DNA of 64,000 nucleotides from Batkoa obscura (GCA_030770535.1 JASVEC010000022.1:186001-250000), one strand, 5' to 3'; positions 12,982 to 28,460 are shown, counted from the stretch's first letter. Notes: generated by a model from the sequence alone, not told the origin. Numbers and translations: made by a program.

Positions 12982-14998
12982 ATGGATGGCTTTGACTATA
13001 GTTCAGTAGCATGGGAAACCGACAATAAAGGAGCTAATGCTACCAACCCGTTTAATTTAGAAACAAGTAATGAATTTGAAGCTAATTTAGATAATCCGAC
13101 TGTAATTATCATTATTATTATTATTTTTAAAACAACCATTTAAAATAACTTTAGTATAGCGACGTCCCCTTTGCAAGCTCAAGTAAAGACACTGGTGTTA
13201 AAGAAGATGTTCCTTTAAATACTAATGATGAACAAGCGAATAAACTTAGAATTGTACCAATGACTGTTTACGTTACCAATTTTCAAAAAGAAAATGAAGG
13301 CACTAGTGATGCTCATATAAGTTATCTTATAACTACTCATGTAAAGCTTAAACTTGGATAATTGCATGATAAAAATTAAATTCTATTTAGACTAATTTAC
13401 CCTCTTTTACGGCCCCAGAAGTTTCTGTTAGAAGAAGATTTATGGACTTTGTTTGGTTGTATAACGGATTAATTCAAGATTATCCTGCTTGTGTCATACC
13501 TCCTTTGCCGGAGAAACATCGTTTGGGTATGTTTTTTAATGTTTTTTAATGTTTTTTAAAAAGTGATGATTTATCGTTGAATAGAATATGTCACTGGAGA
13601 TAGATTTGGGGAAGATTTTATTGAAAAACGTAGAGTGGCGTAAGTTTGGTTTACTAAGTTTTGAGAATGTTTTTTTATGAATTTTAAATTAGTTTGGAGC
13701 GTTTCCTCAATAGATTAGCTAACCATCCTACTTTACAACGTACTAGCTATTTGAAAAAGTTTTTAGATTCTCCAGATTGGGTAAAAGAGATTTAATAATA
13801 CATAAATTAAATCTAATACTCATAATAATTTAGAGTTCAAATTCCGTAGAAAAAGTAAAAGGGGAAGGAATGTTAGAAAATTTAAGTGATTCTATAGTAA
13901 ATGCGTTTTCAAGGGTTAAAAAAGCGGATGAAAAATTTATCAATATTAAAGAAAATGTGGATAAATTTGAAGAAAATATAATGGGAATTGAAAAGATGCA
14001 TCAAAAGATATTAAAAAAACAGCTTGGTAATAATGAAATAATTATAAAAATATCATATACTAATCTTAATCAATAGAAATTCAAATGGAATATTTAGAAT
14101 TAAATAAAGCGGTCGCTTCGTTAGGTGAATTAGAAACGGGTATGGTCACTTCATTAAATCTGTTTGCAAAAGTTAATGAAGAGTTTGGGGATGAAATAAA
14201 GAGATTGGTATGATTCATATATTATAATATAGTACAATAAACAAGAACTAAACTTGGTTTAAAAGGTAAAAACAGAAGATATGTATTACCTTAGTCATTT
14301 AAGAGAATATTTGGCTTATTCGAATGCAGTAAAAGTAATTAATATTGAGTACAATTGAAATCATATTTATTCAAGTAGGGAGTACTTAAATTGAGAGATC
14401 AAAAACAAGTAGATTTTGAAGAACTTACTGATTATTTACAAGCCCAAGTAGCTGAATTAGATCGTATTCGAAGTACTGGTAGAGCAGGTGGGTTATCTTC
14501 TTTTTTTAAAGAAAAGTATGAGGGTATGAAAGGAGTGGATCAAGAACAAGCTAAACAAGCAAGGATTACTAAATGCGAAGAAAAAATTAAAGAGGTAAAA
14601 TTAATATTTAACTAAAAACTGTTGGTTAATAATAATAAATTTATCAGTTAGAAGAAGCTGTTTCAAGTTCTCATGAAGTATCAGAAGCATTTAATCAAGA
14701 AGTAGAAAAGGAGTTTGAAGTCTTCCAACATTCTAAAACAGTGGATCTTAAAGAAGCTTTAGTAAATTATTCAAAAAACAAAGTTGATTTTTTTAAAAAT
14801 GTATGTTTCTATTACATTATGATTTTATTATTTACTAATGTCATTTTATAGAGTTTACAAATCTGGCAAAATATTATACCAAAATTAGAAGAAGCATCAA
14901 AAGGTATAACTACTCAATCAACCCAACAAAATGAATCAGAAGATACTTCCACTTTCCCGGATTCTCATCTTATGAATCCATATGCGGATGCTTTTTAA
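12982..14998 (+). CDS. SNX4: Sorting nexin Snx4/Atg24 (PX-BAR), multi-exon
   Basis: PX motifs SVRRRFMDFVWLY, VIPPLPEKHR and DRFGEDFIEKRR; BAR motif RDQKQVDFEELTDYL. Confidence 0.9.
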
Positions 14999-15144
14999 AT
15001 TCACTAACTAGCATTTTAATTTTTTTAAATTTAATACTTTTTTTACTTGTAAAAAATAAAACTTAATAAAAAAAATTGAAATTTATTATAAAAAAAGAGA
15101 AGAATATAATATTTTTAAAAAATAATTGAGTATTTTTTTATATC

Positions 15145-16879
<1,735 letters not shown>

Positions 16880-17864
16880 ATTGAAAATTAATCTGTTTTA
16901 TTAGTTGGAAGGTTAAAAAAGATCCAAGTATCAATTTTTGAGTAAATCAAGTTTAATGTTGAGTTTGGTTAGTAAACTTTTGGATGGCCTAATTTAGTGG
17001 TTTGATTTGTTGCTTTTGATCTATAGGGAGAGTCCAATAAGTCAGTTGATTTTGACATGGCCAGGATTTTATATTCTTAGTATTCAAGGAGACAATAATT
17101 TAAAATGCTTGATTGGTTGAGTTGAATAAGTAGAATGTTTTATTGGTTAAGCATATAGTTTATTCTCTAGATCTTGAAGCTTATTCTTTAAAAAGTTTGT
17201 TATTAATTTACATTGTCTATGTTTAATACAAGTATTTTATTATGAAATTCAAGTAAGGTAGATATAAAAGAGGAATACTAAGTAATGTTTGAAGACTATT
17301 GAAAGAATATTTATCGTCACTTTATTCTTATCAAAAAAATTAAATGGTACGATGAGTTAAATTGACTAAATAATAATGGGTCTTTTAACAAATAAAAAAT
17401 TGATAGCTGGAAGCTATTTTATGTAGGAGTTTTTTATAGTTGGATTAGTAATTGAGGGTGGAAATTTTTATTAACACATAATGATTTATCACGGTTAATA
17501 TTTAGAACGATAATAGATGGAACGGGTAGTAATAGTTGTAGAATAAGAGTAAAAAATGATAGAGTAAAGTTAAATAAAGTTACAAATTTACTTTACACTC
17601 TAGTTTTTTAAATTTTGTTTTATAAATAATATATATGTAGATAATATTTGAAATATCATAGTATCTAACATAACACTAAAAACTAAATTTTTGTCAAAAC
17701 AATAATTAAATTCTATGATGTCAAACAAATTAAGGTAGGTTAGGTTGATTGTGAAAATCCGATTTTTTGGGATTTTTGTCACTTTTAAATTTGGATTAGA
17801 AATTCAATTTTAGACTATAAATAGAAAGATCATCATGTAAGCTTTATGTTAATTGAAAGAAGAA

Positions 17865-18611
17865 ATGGAAGATTCCACTAAAAACAAAGAGTTTTGGCAA
17901 GGTTTATGGAAAGATAATCTCAATTTTTGGCATAAAGGAGAGAAGCATCCGTAATTTATGATCTTCTTACTAGTTATAACAATATACTAAATTTTATTTT
18001 TTAGTGATTTATTCAATAACTTTGACAAGTTAACTTTAGATGAGGACAATTACGATAAAACAATTTTATTCCCATTATGCGGAAAAACTATTGATATGGC
18101 TTATTGTATCCAAGAAAGAAAGATGAATGTCATTGGTATTGAACTTGTTGAACAATGTATTAAAGAATTTTTTAGTGAGAATGAGTTAATGTCATATAAC
18201 GTTAATGAAGTAAAAGACGCACAAATCTATGAATATATTCAAGATAATACAAATTTAAAAATTATCAAAGGAGATTTATTTAATACACCAGAATTAGTTA
18301 CCGATGGGAAGGTTCAGTTAGCCGATTTTTGTTTTGATCGTGGAGCATTGACTGCTATGAACCCAGAATTAAGAAAAAAATATGTAAATACTATAATGAA
18401 ATTATTAAAACCTAAAGCAAAGATATTATTGAATTGTTTTTATTATGATTTAAAATATCAAAATGGACCACCTCACTCAATTTCGGAAGACAATGTTAGA
18501 GAACTTTATGAGCCTTTGGGCTGTAAAGTAACAGTAATTAATTGTTATGAACAAACTTTTAAACAAGTTACTCCCGCTTTGTATAAATTGTACTTGGTGG
18601 AAAGGGAGTGA
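17865..18611 (+). CDS. TPMT: Thiopurine S-methyltransferase family SAM-dependent methyltransferase, 2 exons
   Basis: EFWQGLW...FWH, then FPLCGKTIDM, VIGIEL, GDLF, FDRGALTAMNPELRKKY and GPPHS. One intron at about 17951-18004. Confidence 0.9.
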
Positions 18612-18744
18612 ATAAGAGTTTATGAGATTGTTAATGAAGAAAATAAAAATAAAGGTGATGATAATAAAGTATGTCTTTTTTATAATTAATTAATTTTATT
18701 TGTTATAAATTTATTTATAATTCTAAACCAGAGAAGTATATTCT

Positions 18745-19752
18745 TTAAAAAGTAGAGTTAAATTTATAATAAGAAGGGTATAGAAAAAGGATTAAAATGG
18801 GATCAATTAAGGTATTAAACGATAATAATAAAGATAAGATAATAAATCCAAATAAAGGTACATTAATATTGAATAAATTTAAAAGAGTTAAGAAAATGAT
18901 GGGTATATAGATCAAATTATATGTTATTAAAAAAATAATTAAACTAAATAATACTGAAACTTTTGATTTTAAACTAGTTTTAATTGTAGTTATATGTTTC
19001 TTTTTTAAATTTAAATTAATAATATGCTCCATTTTATTAAAAGTAGCTATTGGCTTTTTAATAATCTCTTCTTGTATAATAACATCTTCTATTTTTAATC
19101 CCAATTTTTCTAACGGTTTACTTAATCGTTTATTTTTATTTCTTATATAGAATATACATTTTAAATGAAATATAATTATCATTAATAAATTTATACTCAT
19201 AAATAATATCCAATAAATACCCCATAATTTTCCTAAGATGGACATATTAGTATTAAAATAACATATCAATTGAGAATTGGCCATTATATATTCTTTATTA
19301 ATGATTGGTAATACACTTAAAATAATTCCAAGTATTATTGATATTAAAAAATAAATTAAATATCTTTTTTTATTACTATTAATATTACTATTAATATTAC
19401 TATTACTATCTTGAATATGTTGACATTTATGTATAGTTAAAATAGTATTAAGACAAATTGATAGATAAGGTATTAAAGTTATTACTAAACCTAACGATTG
19501 ACAAAAAATTACATTATTTAAAAAATTATTATTTGATATAATACTAGTTATATGTTGCGATATACTAAGAGTTGGTAAGATTAAATTGATTAAACAAGAA
19601 GCTAGAATTAAAACAAAGGTTACGTTGAATTGAATCTTCTTTTCTTGCTTATTTTTAAATGTCTTAATAATTACTATTAAATTTAATATAATTGATAGAA
19701 TACTTAATAATAATTGAATCCATTCTATAATATTAATATGATACTTTTCCAT
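18745..19752 (-). CDS. Rhodopsin-like (class A-like) 7TM GPCR, intronless
   Basis: Seven hydrophobic segments, Cys at the start of TM3 (FCQSLG) and in ECL2 (ICYF), TM6 YIP, TM7 NTLIDPIL. Confidence 0.75.
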   Translation of the reverse strand: MEKYHINIIEWIQLLLSILSIILNLIVIIKTFKNKQEKKIQFNVTFVLILASCLINLILPTLSISQHITSIISNNNFLNNVIFCQSLGLVITLIPYLSICLNTILTIHKCQHIQDSNSNINSNINSNKKRYLIYFLISIILGIILSVLPIINKEYIMANSQLICYFNTNMSILGKLWGIYWILFMSINLLMIIIFHLKCIFYIRNKNKRLSKPLEKLGLKIEDVIIQEEIIKKPIATFNKMEHIINLNLKKKHITTIKTSLKSKVSVLFSLIIFLITYNLIYIPIIFLTLLNLFNINVPLFGFIILSLLLSFNTLIDPILILFLYPSYYKFNSTF

Positions 19753-21993
19753 ATCCCTTTTAAAACGTTATCAAAACGTAAGTTCGAATTCAAGTAATTT
19801 CAAAATACTTTTTTAATAGAAAATAAAAATTCAACTAAGTTAATAGAAATCATATAGTTTTATAATTAAATATTTATAATAAACATTTGGTTTAATTAAT
19901 TATGTTAATATATTAAGTGTGTTTTATTTCATATTTTATTTAGTTATATTTTAGAACTTTTAATTGTTTTTTTTTAAATTTAGAACTTGAAATTAAATAT
20001 TGTTTTTGAAATTTTTGATTTTTGAAATTTATTGGTTGTATCAAATATCAATAAATTGATATATTAATTGAATTCATCTATATAATATTAATATTAATAT
20101 TAATATATTGAACAAAGAATATCAATATATTTAATCACTCTTGTTATAAAAAAAATTACAAAAAACTATAAAAAATCTTAATAGTTTAAAAACCTTTATA
20201 ATCACTCTCCTTTAGCTAAATATATAAAGTATTTTATTATGACTATAATGAAACCTTTTTATCATTTTTTCTTTAATATAAAAATATAAATAATATAATA
20301 TATATGCTTCTTGTGATTAAAAATAAGTAATGTATAAAGCATACATCCTATTGATAATAAATTCGTAAAAAAAGAGTTTATCTGTTATAAAATAAGGCAC
20401 ATTTTTTACTACACTTGATTGAGGTATTGAAACGTATTTGTATTGAATTGAAAATCATATCATAAAAATTAACTGAAAGCTATAATGAAGATGATAGTGT
20501 GCTTGTTGAACCGTTGTGTTTCTATAGCTTTATAGTAATTTAATAATCGATCGCTTTGTCTCATTTATACTTTCTCACTTTTATTTTAAATTTATAAACT
20601 CCTTTCATTAAATTTCATTATCAAATGTCTATCCTAGAATTAAATTAAAATATTTAATAAAAGACAGTATCTTATTAATATATTTTTACTAATCTATCTC
20701 GTTTATATCAATTCTATTATTTATTTTTATATATACTATTTTTTACTATTTATTCTTAATTTCAATATCATTATCTTTTACATACCATAATCGATAAGTT
20801 ATAGTATAGTCTAATCATATAATTTTTTCTATTATTCTATTTTCTATATTAATATTTAAGTTACTTCTCTGAAAATCCTGAGCATATACTGGTAATTATT
20901 CTAGTTATTTCTATCTATTTTTACTATAACATTTTTCATTGTTTTGGCTATTAATAGTTAACTAAAGCATGTTATCTATTAAATAATAATGATATTGATT
21001 TAATTTATGACTTTTGTTTTTTATTACATTGTATCATGGGTCTTATTATGAAATAGTTTATGTTTTAATCTTATTTTATCATCTTTATTTTTAGCTGATT
21101 ATACTTGAACTGAAGCTTACATTGAGTTAATTTTTATAATACTTGAGCCGCAGCCTTGAATTCTTTTAAGTATTATCATTTTTAACTATTCAACTCAGTT
21201 TATTTTTTAAAATAAGGCCAATTTTAAGTAAGAATAACTTATTTTCAAACTTAGGGGGTAAAAGACCCATTAATCAGTTTTGTGGGGTGGGAGTATTCTA
21301 TTGAAATATAATAAAGTAAAAGTTATATTTTAATGTTCAAGTTTAAAAGTATTCAAGTAATTTAACTAAATAAAAGGTTATGCTGTTTAATAGATGGTAT
21401 TTTTAGTTTAATATTTAGCTATACTTTATAAATAAAAAACTGATTAATTAACTATATTTAGCTAAATAAGAATTTATTATATTTCTAAGCTTATAAAATA
21501 TTTTTAATATTATTAAATGATAAAAATTAGTAATATCACAATAAAATTATATTTGTATATTCAATACCACTAAAAAGAAAAACTATTGACGTATTATGAA
21601 AAATATACAAGTTGATAGATAAAATGACATTCCATGTTAGGTCGAACTATTATTTGTTTTTTTATTCAATGTTTAAAAATAGATTTCTTAGTATATTAAT
21701 AATGATAACAATAAATAGTAAAGACAATATAGAATTCTACATGAACTCTCTTACTTACAATAGAAAAAAAGAAAATATTAAAAAAGAATAAGGTCATTTT
21801 TAAAACCTTGAATAGAATGGTACTAATTGACAAGTCGATTTTTAAAACATTTTAAAAAATGACATCACATCAAGTCTAATTTTATAAAAATAAGTTTAAT
21901 TTACAGTTTAGATTATAACAGAAAAAAAAAGTATAAATAGAGACCAAGTTTATCAACAACATTATCAAAAAAATATCAAAAAATATCAACAAA

Positions 21994-22773
21994 ATGAAGT
22001 GCTCTGTATTGTTTTTCTATTTAGCTTCCCTTGTAGTATCCGATATTACTGGTACTTATAAGTTAACTTCTACTAATGTAACTAGTCACTCACTACCTTT
22101 ATGTTATTTACTTATATTTAATTAATAGGCGAATTGTATTAACTCAACAGTTATGGATCTTACCTATGCTAAAGATCAAACTTTAATTAAAAAGATATGT
22201 GATACAAGCAGTGGTTACAAATTGATCTTTGGAATATGGTAATAACAGTGTTTAATCAATAGTCAATAACACTAAAATTATAATTAGGCATAAAAAGGAT
22301 GATAACACTATTCAAGAATTATATAGTAATGGTGGAAATAATCAAGTGGAATATAAGCTAGAATCGAATGACTTGGTTTTGGTCTATAATAACCTGGAGT
22401 TAATAAAAGTCAACGATGACTCTAGATTTTCAAAATTAGAAGATCTGTTTGGTAAGTATCAAGCTGCACCAAATCAGGTAAGTTGATTATGTAATGTTAT
22501 ATGGAATTTAGTAATACAATAATGGTATTATAGGAAGATAAATGCTCGATTGCAACCAAATTGGAGATCACTAATAATGGACAGATACTCAAATATTATT
22601 GCAAGGATGGTGTACCAAACTGGTTTTCCCGTGGGTTCTTTACTTTAAATAGGTTTGATAATGAAACTTTGATTATTACCACTACGTTTAATGGCACCCA
22701 AAATTCTGATAAAGTCGAGTTTTTAAATAAGAACTCAATTAGTTTCAATGGTGTCGTTATGAACCTTATTTAA
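21994..22773 (+). CDS. Small secreted protein with two tandem lipocalin-like beta domains (unknown function), 4 exons
   Basis: Signal peptide MKCSVLFFYLASLVVS; GT-AG introns splice in frame; halves start DITGTYKL and DLFGKYQA, each with 2 Cys. The fold is inferred. Confidence 0.6.
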
Positions 22774-22991
22774 TTAGTATCATCTGTGTTATCTGTATAT
22801 TTGTATATTAGTCAATAAATAAAGCATTATTTCATATTATCTTTAGCTATTTTGTTATAAGTTTTATTTGTTTTAAAATTATTTGATTTAAAAAAAAACT
22901 GAGAAAAGCTACGTAATTAGAAATTGCAATTTTATAAACAGACTTTTAGGTTTTTGAAAATAGTTTAATTCTTTTAATTTTTTCAGAAACA

Positions 22992-24268
22992 ATGAATAAT
23001 ATTGAAGATTTTGAACATCCATTTCCAATAACCTGTGGTAAATTGAAGAGAGTTAAAGACAGTAATTTAGTAGAACCAGATAATCGATTAGGGTATTACA
23101 ATTGTTTAATTTGATTTTTACTTCATTAATACTAATTTATTAAAAGTTATCTTTATCTTCTTAAGGTAAATTACATTTTTATAATCTAAAGGTTATTATA
23201 AACTCAATCAAAAAAGAGCCATGAACCTCAATTAACATGGAGTTTAAGTTGGGAGGAGATTAGTTCTAATAATACCAATACTGATAGCAGTGAAAACGAA
23301 GTAAATACAATACTTAACAATAAAGATAATGTAGCTAATTTTAATCAGAGATGGTATTTTAAACAAGGAAAAGGGGAGTTGAGGGCAATAGAGGGTCGAA
23401 GTAGTTTTTATTTAAAAGATGAAGAGGGAAAGATGAGTTTATTTTGGTTTAAAAATGAAAACGAAAATAACTTAAAAAAAGCATTTCATTTTTTTAATAC
23501 TCTGTTTAAAGGGGAAAATAACAACCCTATTAAAGATTGGGATCTATTTTCTATTTCAGGTAGCGTTTTTTTAAAATAATAGATTGATAAATATTCATAT
23601 ACTTATTAGATGAGTAAGATTTATATTATGATTCTTATATAGCATTTTATTGTTTAGTGAGACTGCAGAAGAAAAAGAAAAGAGATTGAATGAAGCCAGA
23701 ATGCTAAGCAATACGATTCCAACGAATTTACGTAATTTCAAATTGATTTATACATTCTCTTATTAATAGCTTTCATTAGAATCTATTGTAAATCTGGATC
23801 CGGTTAACTCCAGTTTAAAGAAATATGATATATCAAATAACATTCAATTAAACAGTGTCTTTCAACCCAATCAATTATCAAATTTGTTAGATGACCCAGG
23901 GGTTACTGAAAGTAATTTAACTGTTATTATTTTAATATAATAGCTTATAATAGTTAGAATTATTACCTTTGATTCCAGTTAGTTTAAGGTCTCAAGGTAA
24001 AGAAGGGATTCAACAAGTTTTAAATAGTGAATCGTTTCAACAATTAGTTCATCGATTACAACAAGGTTTGGAGATGGGTGCTATGAGTCCCTTGACTGTT
24101 TCTTTAAATTTAGGTGTTAATGGTGGAAGAGGTAATACAATTTGATAATAAAGGCAGAATCAGTGTAGAGCTAATATATTTTTATTAGGAGTGGCACAGC
24201 TGGTATCAAGTATACAAAGTAAAGCAGATAAAGAGTGGGAAAAAGAAGTAGAAAAAAGAAAGAAATGA
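22992..24268 (+). CDS. RPN13: Rpn13/ADRM1-like proteasome ubiquitin receptor (divergent)
   Basis: Pru-like N-terminus CGKLKRVKDSNLVEPDNRLG|YLYL and FYLK...LFWF. DEUBAD-like C-terminus QQVLNSESFQQLVHRLQQGLEMGAMSPL...GVAQLVSSIQ. Confidence 0.65.
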
Positions 24269-24660
24269 GTTGAATTGTGGAAGTTTGGTTTATTGATAAA
24301 TACTTTGATGAGTTATATACATTTTTAAAGACTTATCTATTATATAGATTTATAAACTTTTATCTCTATTTTATTTTAAATTATAGATTCAATTATTAGA
24401 CAATTGTTTTCAAAGAGTTGATTTTAAAAACAATTGTTTCTATAGCTAATAATTAGCTAATAATAAATATACATAAATAAACATATTGAATATAAATGCA
24501 ATTAAATGCTAAATTTAGATTATAGAAATACTAATCTTCAAGATTAAATAATTGAAGGCATCAACAGCTTTTTAGCATTAAATATGACTTTTTTTCAGGT
24601 TTGTAAAAAAGTAGTAATAATAAAAAATTTAATGTTGTATCTTTATTTAAAAATCTAAGG

Positions 24661-25791
24661 TTATAATATCTTTTTAACAGATTTGATAATATCGCTGAAA
24701 TTATCCTTAATATACCCTTTCGCAAGATTACCACTTTCTTTTAAAACTTGTTTACGAACCCCATTAAGGACAACCAATTTTTCATTAAACTGGGCTCCTT
24801 TATATTCATTCAGAATCATTTCGTCTGCAGTAGGACCTAAAATGGCATTGGTAGTAGCGGCCAAAACTAACCCCGCGTACGGAATGGATTCAATTCCAGC
24901 AATTACAGCAGTCCTTAAAACATCTAAAGCCTTGTTGTTATAGGCCATTTTTGAAGCATTAATTAAAGGTAAATTTCGAAGACACGAAGCTAGATCAGCG
25001 GCTTTATTGGATACTTTACTTGATCCACAATAATAACCACGATCATTATCGTAGTCAGTACCCCAAAAACCACAGTTAGAATCAGTTTCACTGTTTGGAA
25101 TTAACTTAAAGCATCTGCTAAAATCATACTCCATGGCAGCAGTTCGTAACACATCATTAGCCAATAAACAAATCTTATCAATGCCTAATACATGATCATC
25201 GGATTGAATTGTTTGGGCATCTCTTTTATATAAATTAGTATTATTCAAGATCTTGGTGACTATACTTTCAGTCATTTTAATTTGAAAGACTTGACGGTAG
25301 TTTTGATCATCTGGATGTAGATTGTCCATGGGGATGATAATTGATCTTAAGCCTTGTCTTAAATCCACAGAGACATAATTCATAGTTCCAATATTAGGTG
25401 CAACAAACAAATAGTCTCTCTCTTTATTTGTAGCAGTAATCTCCATGGTATATAGTTTTTTCATTTCATCAGCTGAATCCGTGGTCTTTACTCGGAAATT
25501 ATCAGTGCAATATTGTCGGCATGCTAAGCAACAGGTCTTAGACCAACGATGACAACTCTTTCCATAATACCAATCCTTTGACTGCTTATCTTTTCCTAAT
25601 ATTGGTACCCAGTGGTGTAATGGTTGGCAATTACGTTGATATTTTGGTGAGATGTCAATTTCAAACCAAACCATATCATAATCAACTTTATAGCAGGTCT
25701 TATCTAAGTAAGTCAATCCAAGAGGATCTTGACTTAAGGTACCAGCGATGAAAAATAGAAATGATAAAATTAGAAACATTTTTTTGTACAT
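24661..25791 (-). CDS. Secreted Cys-rich protein of unknown family, copy A (intronless, internal KR site)
   Basis: 376-aa ORF with signal peptide MFLILSFLFFIAGTLS, LYKR|DAQ mid-protein, and hydrophobic segment AVIAGIESIPYAGLVLAATTNAILG. Confidence 0.85.
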   Translation of the reverse strand: MYKKMFLILSFLFFIAGTLSQDPLGLTYLDKTCYKVDYDMVWFEIDISPKYQRNCQPLHHWVPILGKDKQSKDWYYGKSCHRWSKTCCLACRQYCTDNFRVKTTDSADEMKKLYTMEITATNKERDYLFVAPNIGTMNYVSVDLRQGLRSIIIPMDNLHPDDQNYRQVFQIKMTESIVTKILNNTNLYKRDAQTIQSDDHVLGIDKICLLANDVLRTAAMEYDFSRCFKLIPNSETDSNCGFWGTDYDNDRGYYCGSSKVSNKAADLASCLRNLPLINASKMAYNNKALDVLRTAVIAGIESIPYAGLVLAATTNAILGPTADEMILNEYKGAQFNEKLVVLNGVRKQVLKESGNLAKGYIKDNFSDIIKSVKKIL

Positions 25792-27749
25792 TGTTGACTC
25801 ATTTTCGCTTCATATATATAGTTTTTTTTAATACTTTAAATACTAAATATGAAATAAATATTGACTATAAAACAGGATTCTAGTTTATTGATTTTAGCTA
25901 ACGATGAGTATAAATTATTAAAGAATAAATAAATAGAATTCTTAAGAAATACTTTTATTATAACGTAAGCATAAAGATATTAAAATGGTACAGGTAATCA
26001 CATTTCTCAAAAGTTTAATGAATAATCTAAAGAACTTTTTAACTTTATTTAACTTTCTTATACTGTTGAAATTCTTTACAGCTGTTGCAGCTATATTACG
26101 ACTTTATTAACCATTTATTTGAAAATAAAATTTCGCTGAAATCAGGCTAGAATTTGGAGAGTAAGCTTAAAAAAATCAAACAAACAAATAATAAATTCTA
26201 AAGCTTATCGCAAATTAAATCGCAATAAAGATCTAAAAGCTGTATTCTATTCTGTGGCTTTATTTTAAATTAAGTGGCTCTTTAAAATTATGCTAAATTA
26301 CTCACTGTACCTTACGCCATACAGTTACCTAGTTTGCTACTAATCAATGGTACTTAAGCTATTATATTTATTATGTTTTTTCAAGAATTACGTGCCTGTA
26401 TTCATTAGTTTTTTATTATAGAAACTACGTTCCTATATTTGGTATGCTACATTAATGTTATTTATTATGCTTTGACCTGGTATTTATTATCAAAAATATA
26501 ATTTACTTTAATAGCAATGTTTGAATATAATATAGCTGCTATTTATAATAAATTAATATACAAAAATTGACTTTATAGTATAAGCATATATTTTTGAGAA
26601 CAAAAGAATTATCTACTTCTCATTTACTTAAAAATTACAAAGATGTTTAAATGTAGTTATTTTCCTAAAGTTGTGTATCAGGCCAAAGGATATATGCGGT
26701 GTATTTAATGACTTAGCAAATTTGATTAGTTTAAAGAATATAATTTGGCAAGATCATTTCATATACAAAAGAAGTGCAAATCTGAAGTTACGGTTTATAG
26801 ATAAAATCAATTAAAATAGAATGAAATTAACTATTTTTAGCTCAAGGATAGTATTATAGTTACATAATACTAAAATTCATGCTTTAAATTTTATATTTTG
26901 ACGAATATCTCATTTTAAAATCATATTTTATATTTTTACTATCTTAATATACTTTATTGACGCTATTTTTTTTAATTAAAGTGTGGTATTAAATTTTAAT
27001 TTTAGACATTATCAAAAGGCAATTATACAAATCGTAAATGTTTTTTTAGTTCAAAGGCGGAGTTGTGGGTTGTTTTTGGTAATTGTAGACATTTAACAAA
27101 CCGTAATAAAAATAAGAATTAGAAACAAAAAAACAATTCAAATCATCTAAGCTCGATATTATAATAGCGCTATAGCTTGTTTTTATCAAAAAATTAAAGT
27201 AGTTAATACTTAAATAATAATATACAGTAGAATAATTTTCTAAAAGTACTCAAAGTTTAATCTCAGTTAAAAGACCGAAATTCTAACTATTTTTAACATA
27301 AATTTTTTAATGTACATTAAACATACTTTCAAATATCGTTTACTATATGTTAAACATTTAACCTTTTATCTTATTTTCGTTATATTAATATTTTTGTCTT
27401 GAAGCTCATTTGAATATACATTCTAAAAAGCTTGTATAGTTTAATTAAAAGTAGTTTGTTTGGTATAAAATTTTGAAATATTTATCAAGTTTTAACAATT
27501 AAATGTTTTCTCTTTTTATAATAAAGAAGTTATCAATAAAATTGTGTTTATTATTATAATCTTGAGAATGATTTTGATATAAAATACAAATGAGCAAATA
27601 CCATTGTTTTATCTTATAATAGTTATGTAAAATAGACCAGAAAAATAAACAAATTTAAAAAATCAAAAAAAATCAAGCTTATTAAATGATAAGAAATGAT
27701 TTTTATTATCAAATAATAGTAATACTACTAATAGTGATAAATACCATAA

Positions 27750-28460
27750 TTAATTTCCTTTAATACTTACCTTGTTTTTTAGAATTTTCCAATATCCACA
27801 CGGTTTTTTCTTTTCTCTACTATATTTATTCCTTTTGTTAAGAGTTATAGCTCTTACTTTTACAATAGGTGTCTCCTTCCATAAATTGTTTTTCACATTC
27901 ATCTTATTTTATAGAACAATTGTTCATCCATTTGTTGTATCTGGACCTTCTCTTGCTCTAATTTACTTTGACTTCTTTCTTTTACTGGTATCTCAATCTT
28001 ACCACTACCAAGTTAAATCCTGTATCTATTGTTTGTATTAAAATCACCTTTTGATTTTGAAATTATTTAATAATATTAATTGTGACATAACTTTTTTCTT
28101 CTTACTTTTGGTCTTCTTTATTTTAGCTTGTCCTTTAGTATTAACCTTTTTTTAACCTAAATGATCTTTACACCTTTATTAACTCGTCAATTATTGTAGT
28201 TGACTCTTTTATATCTAAATATCTTTTATCCTCTCTTATTACTTATTATTATGTCTATTATAGTGTTTTTTTTTCAAATTTCAAACTTTGTGTTTCAAAT
28301 TTTGTATTTTTTAACTTCAATACCAGATCATTGTGTATTATTTTTATAAAAAGATTTAGTAGATCCCCTAGATAAAAGCCGAGTAATGAAAGGTCTTTTA
28401 ATTTGAGTTTGATTGAAGTGAGGCAGCATGGTTATGTTTGTCCATAACTATATGAACGGT
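27750..28460 (-). pseudogene. Lys/Glu-rich coiled-coil family copy, heavily decayed
   Basis: Family-type 3' end (GAGAAAAGAAAAAA...GAAAATTCTAAAAAACAAGGTAAGTATT) and purine-rich coding strand; many stops and frameshifts. Confidence 0.45.
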
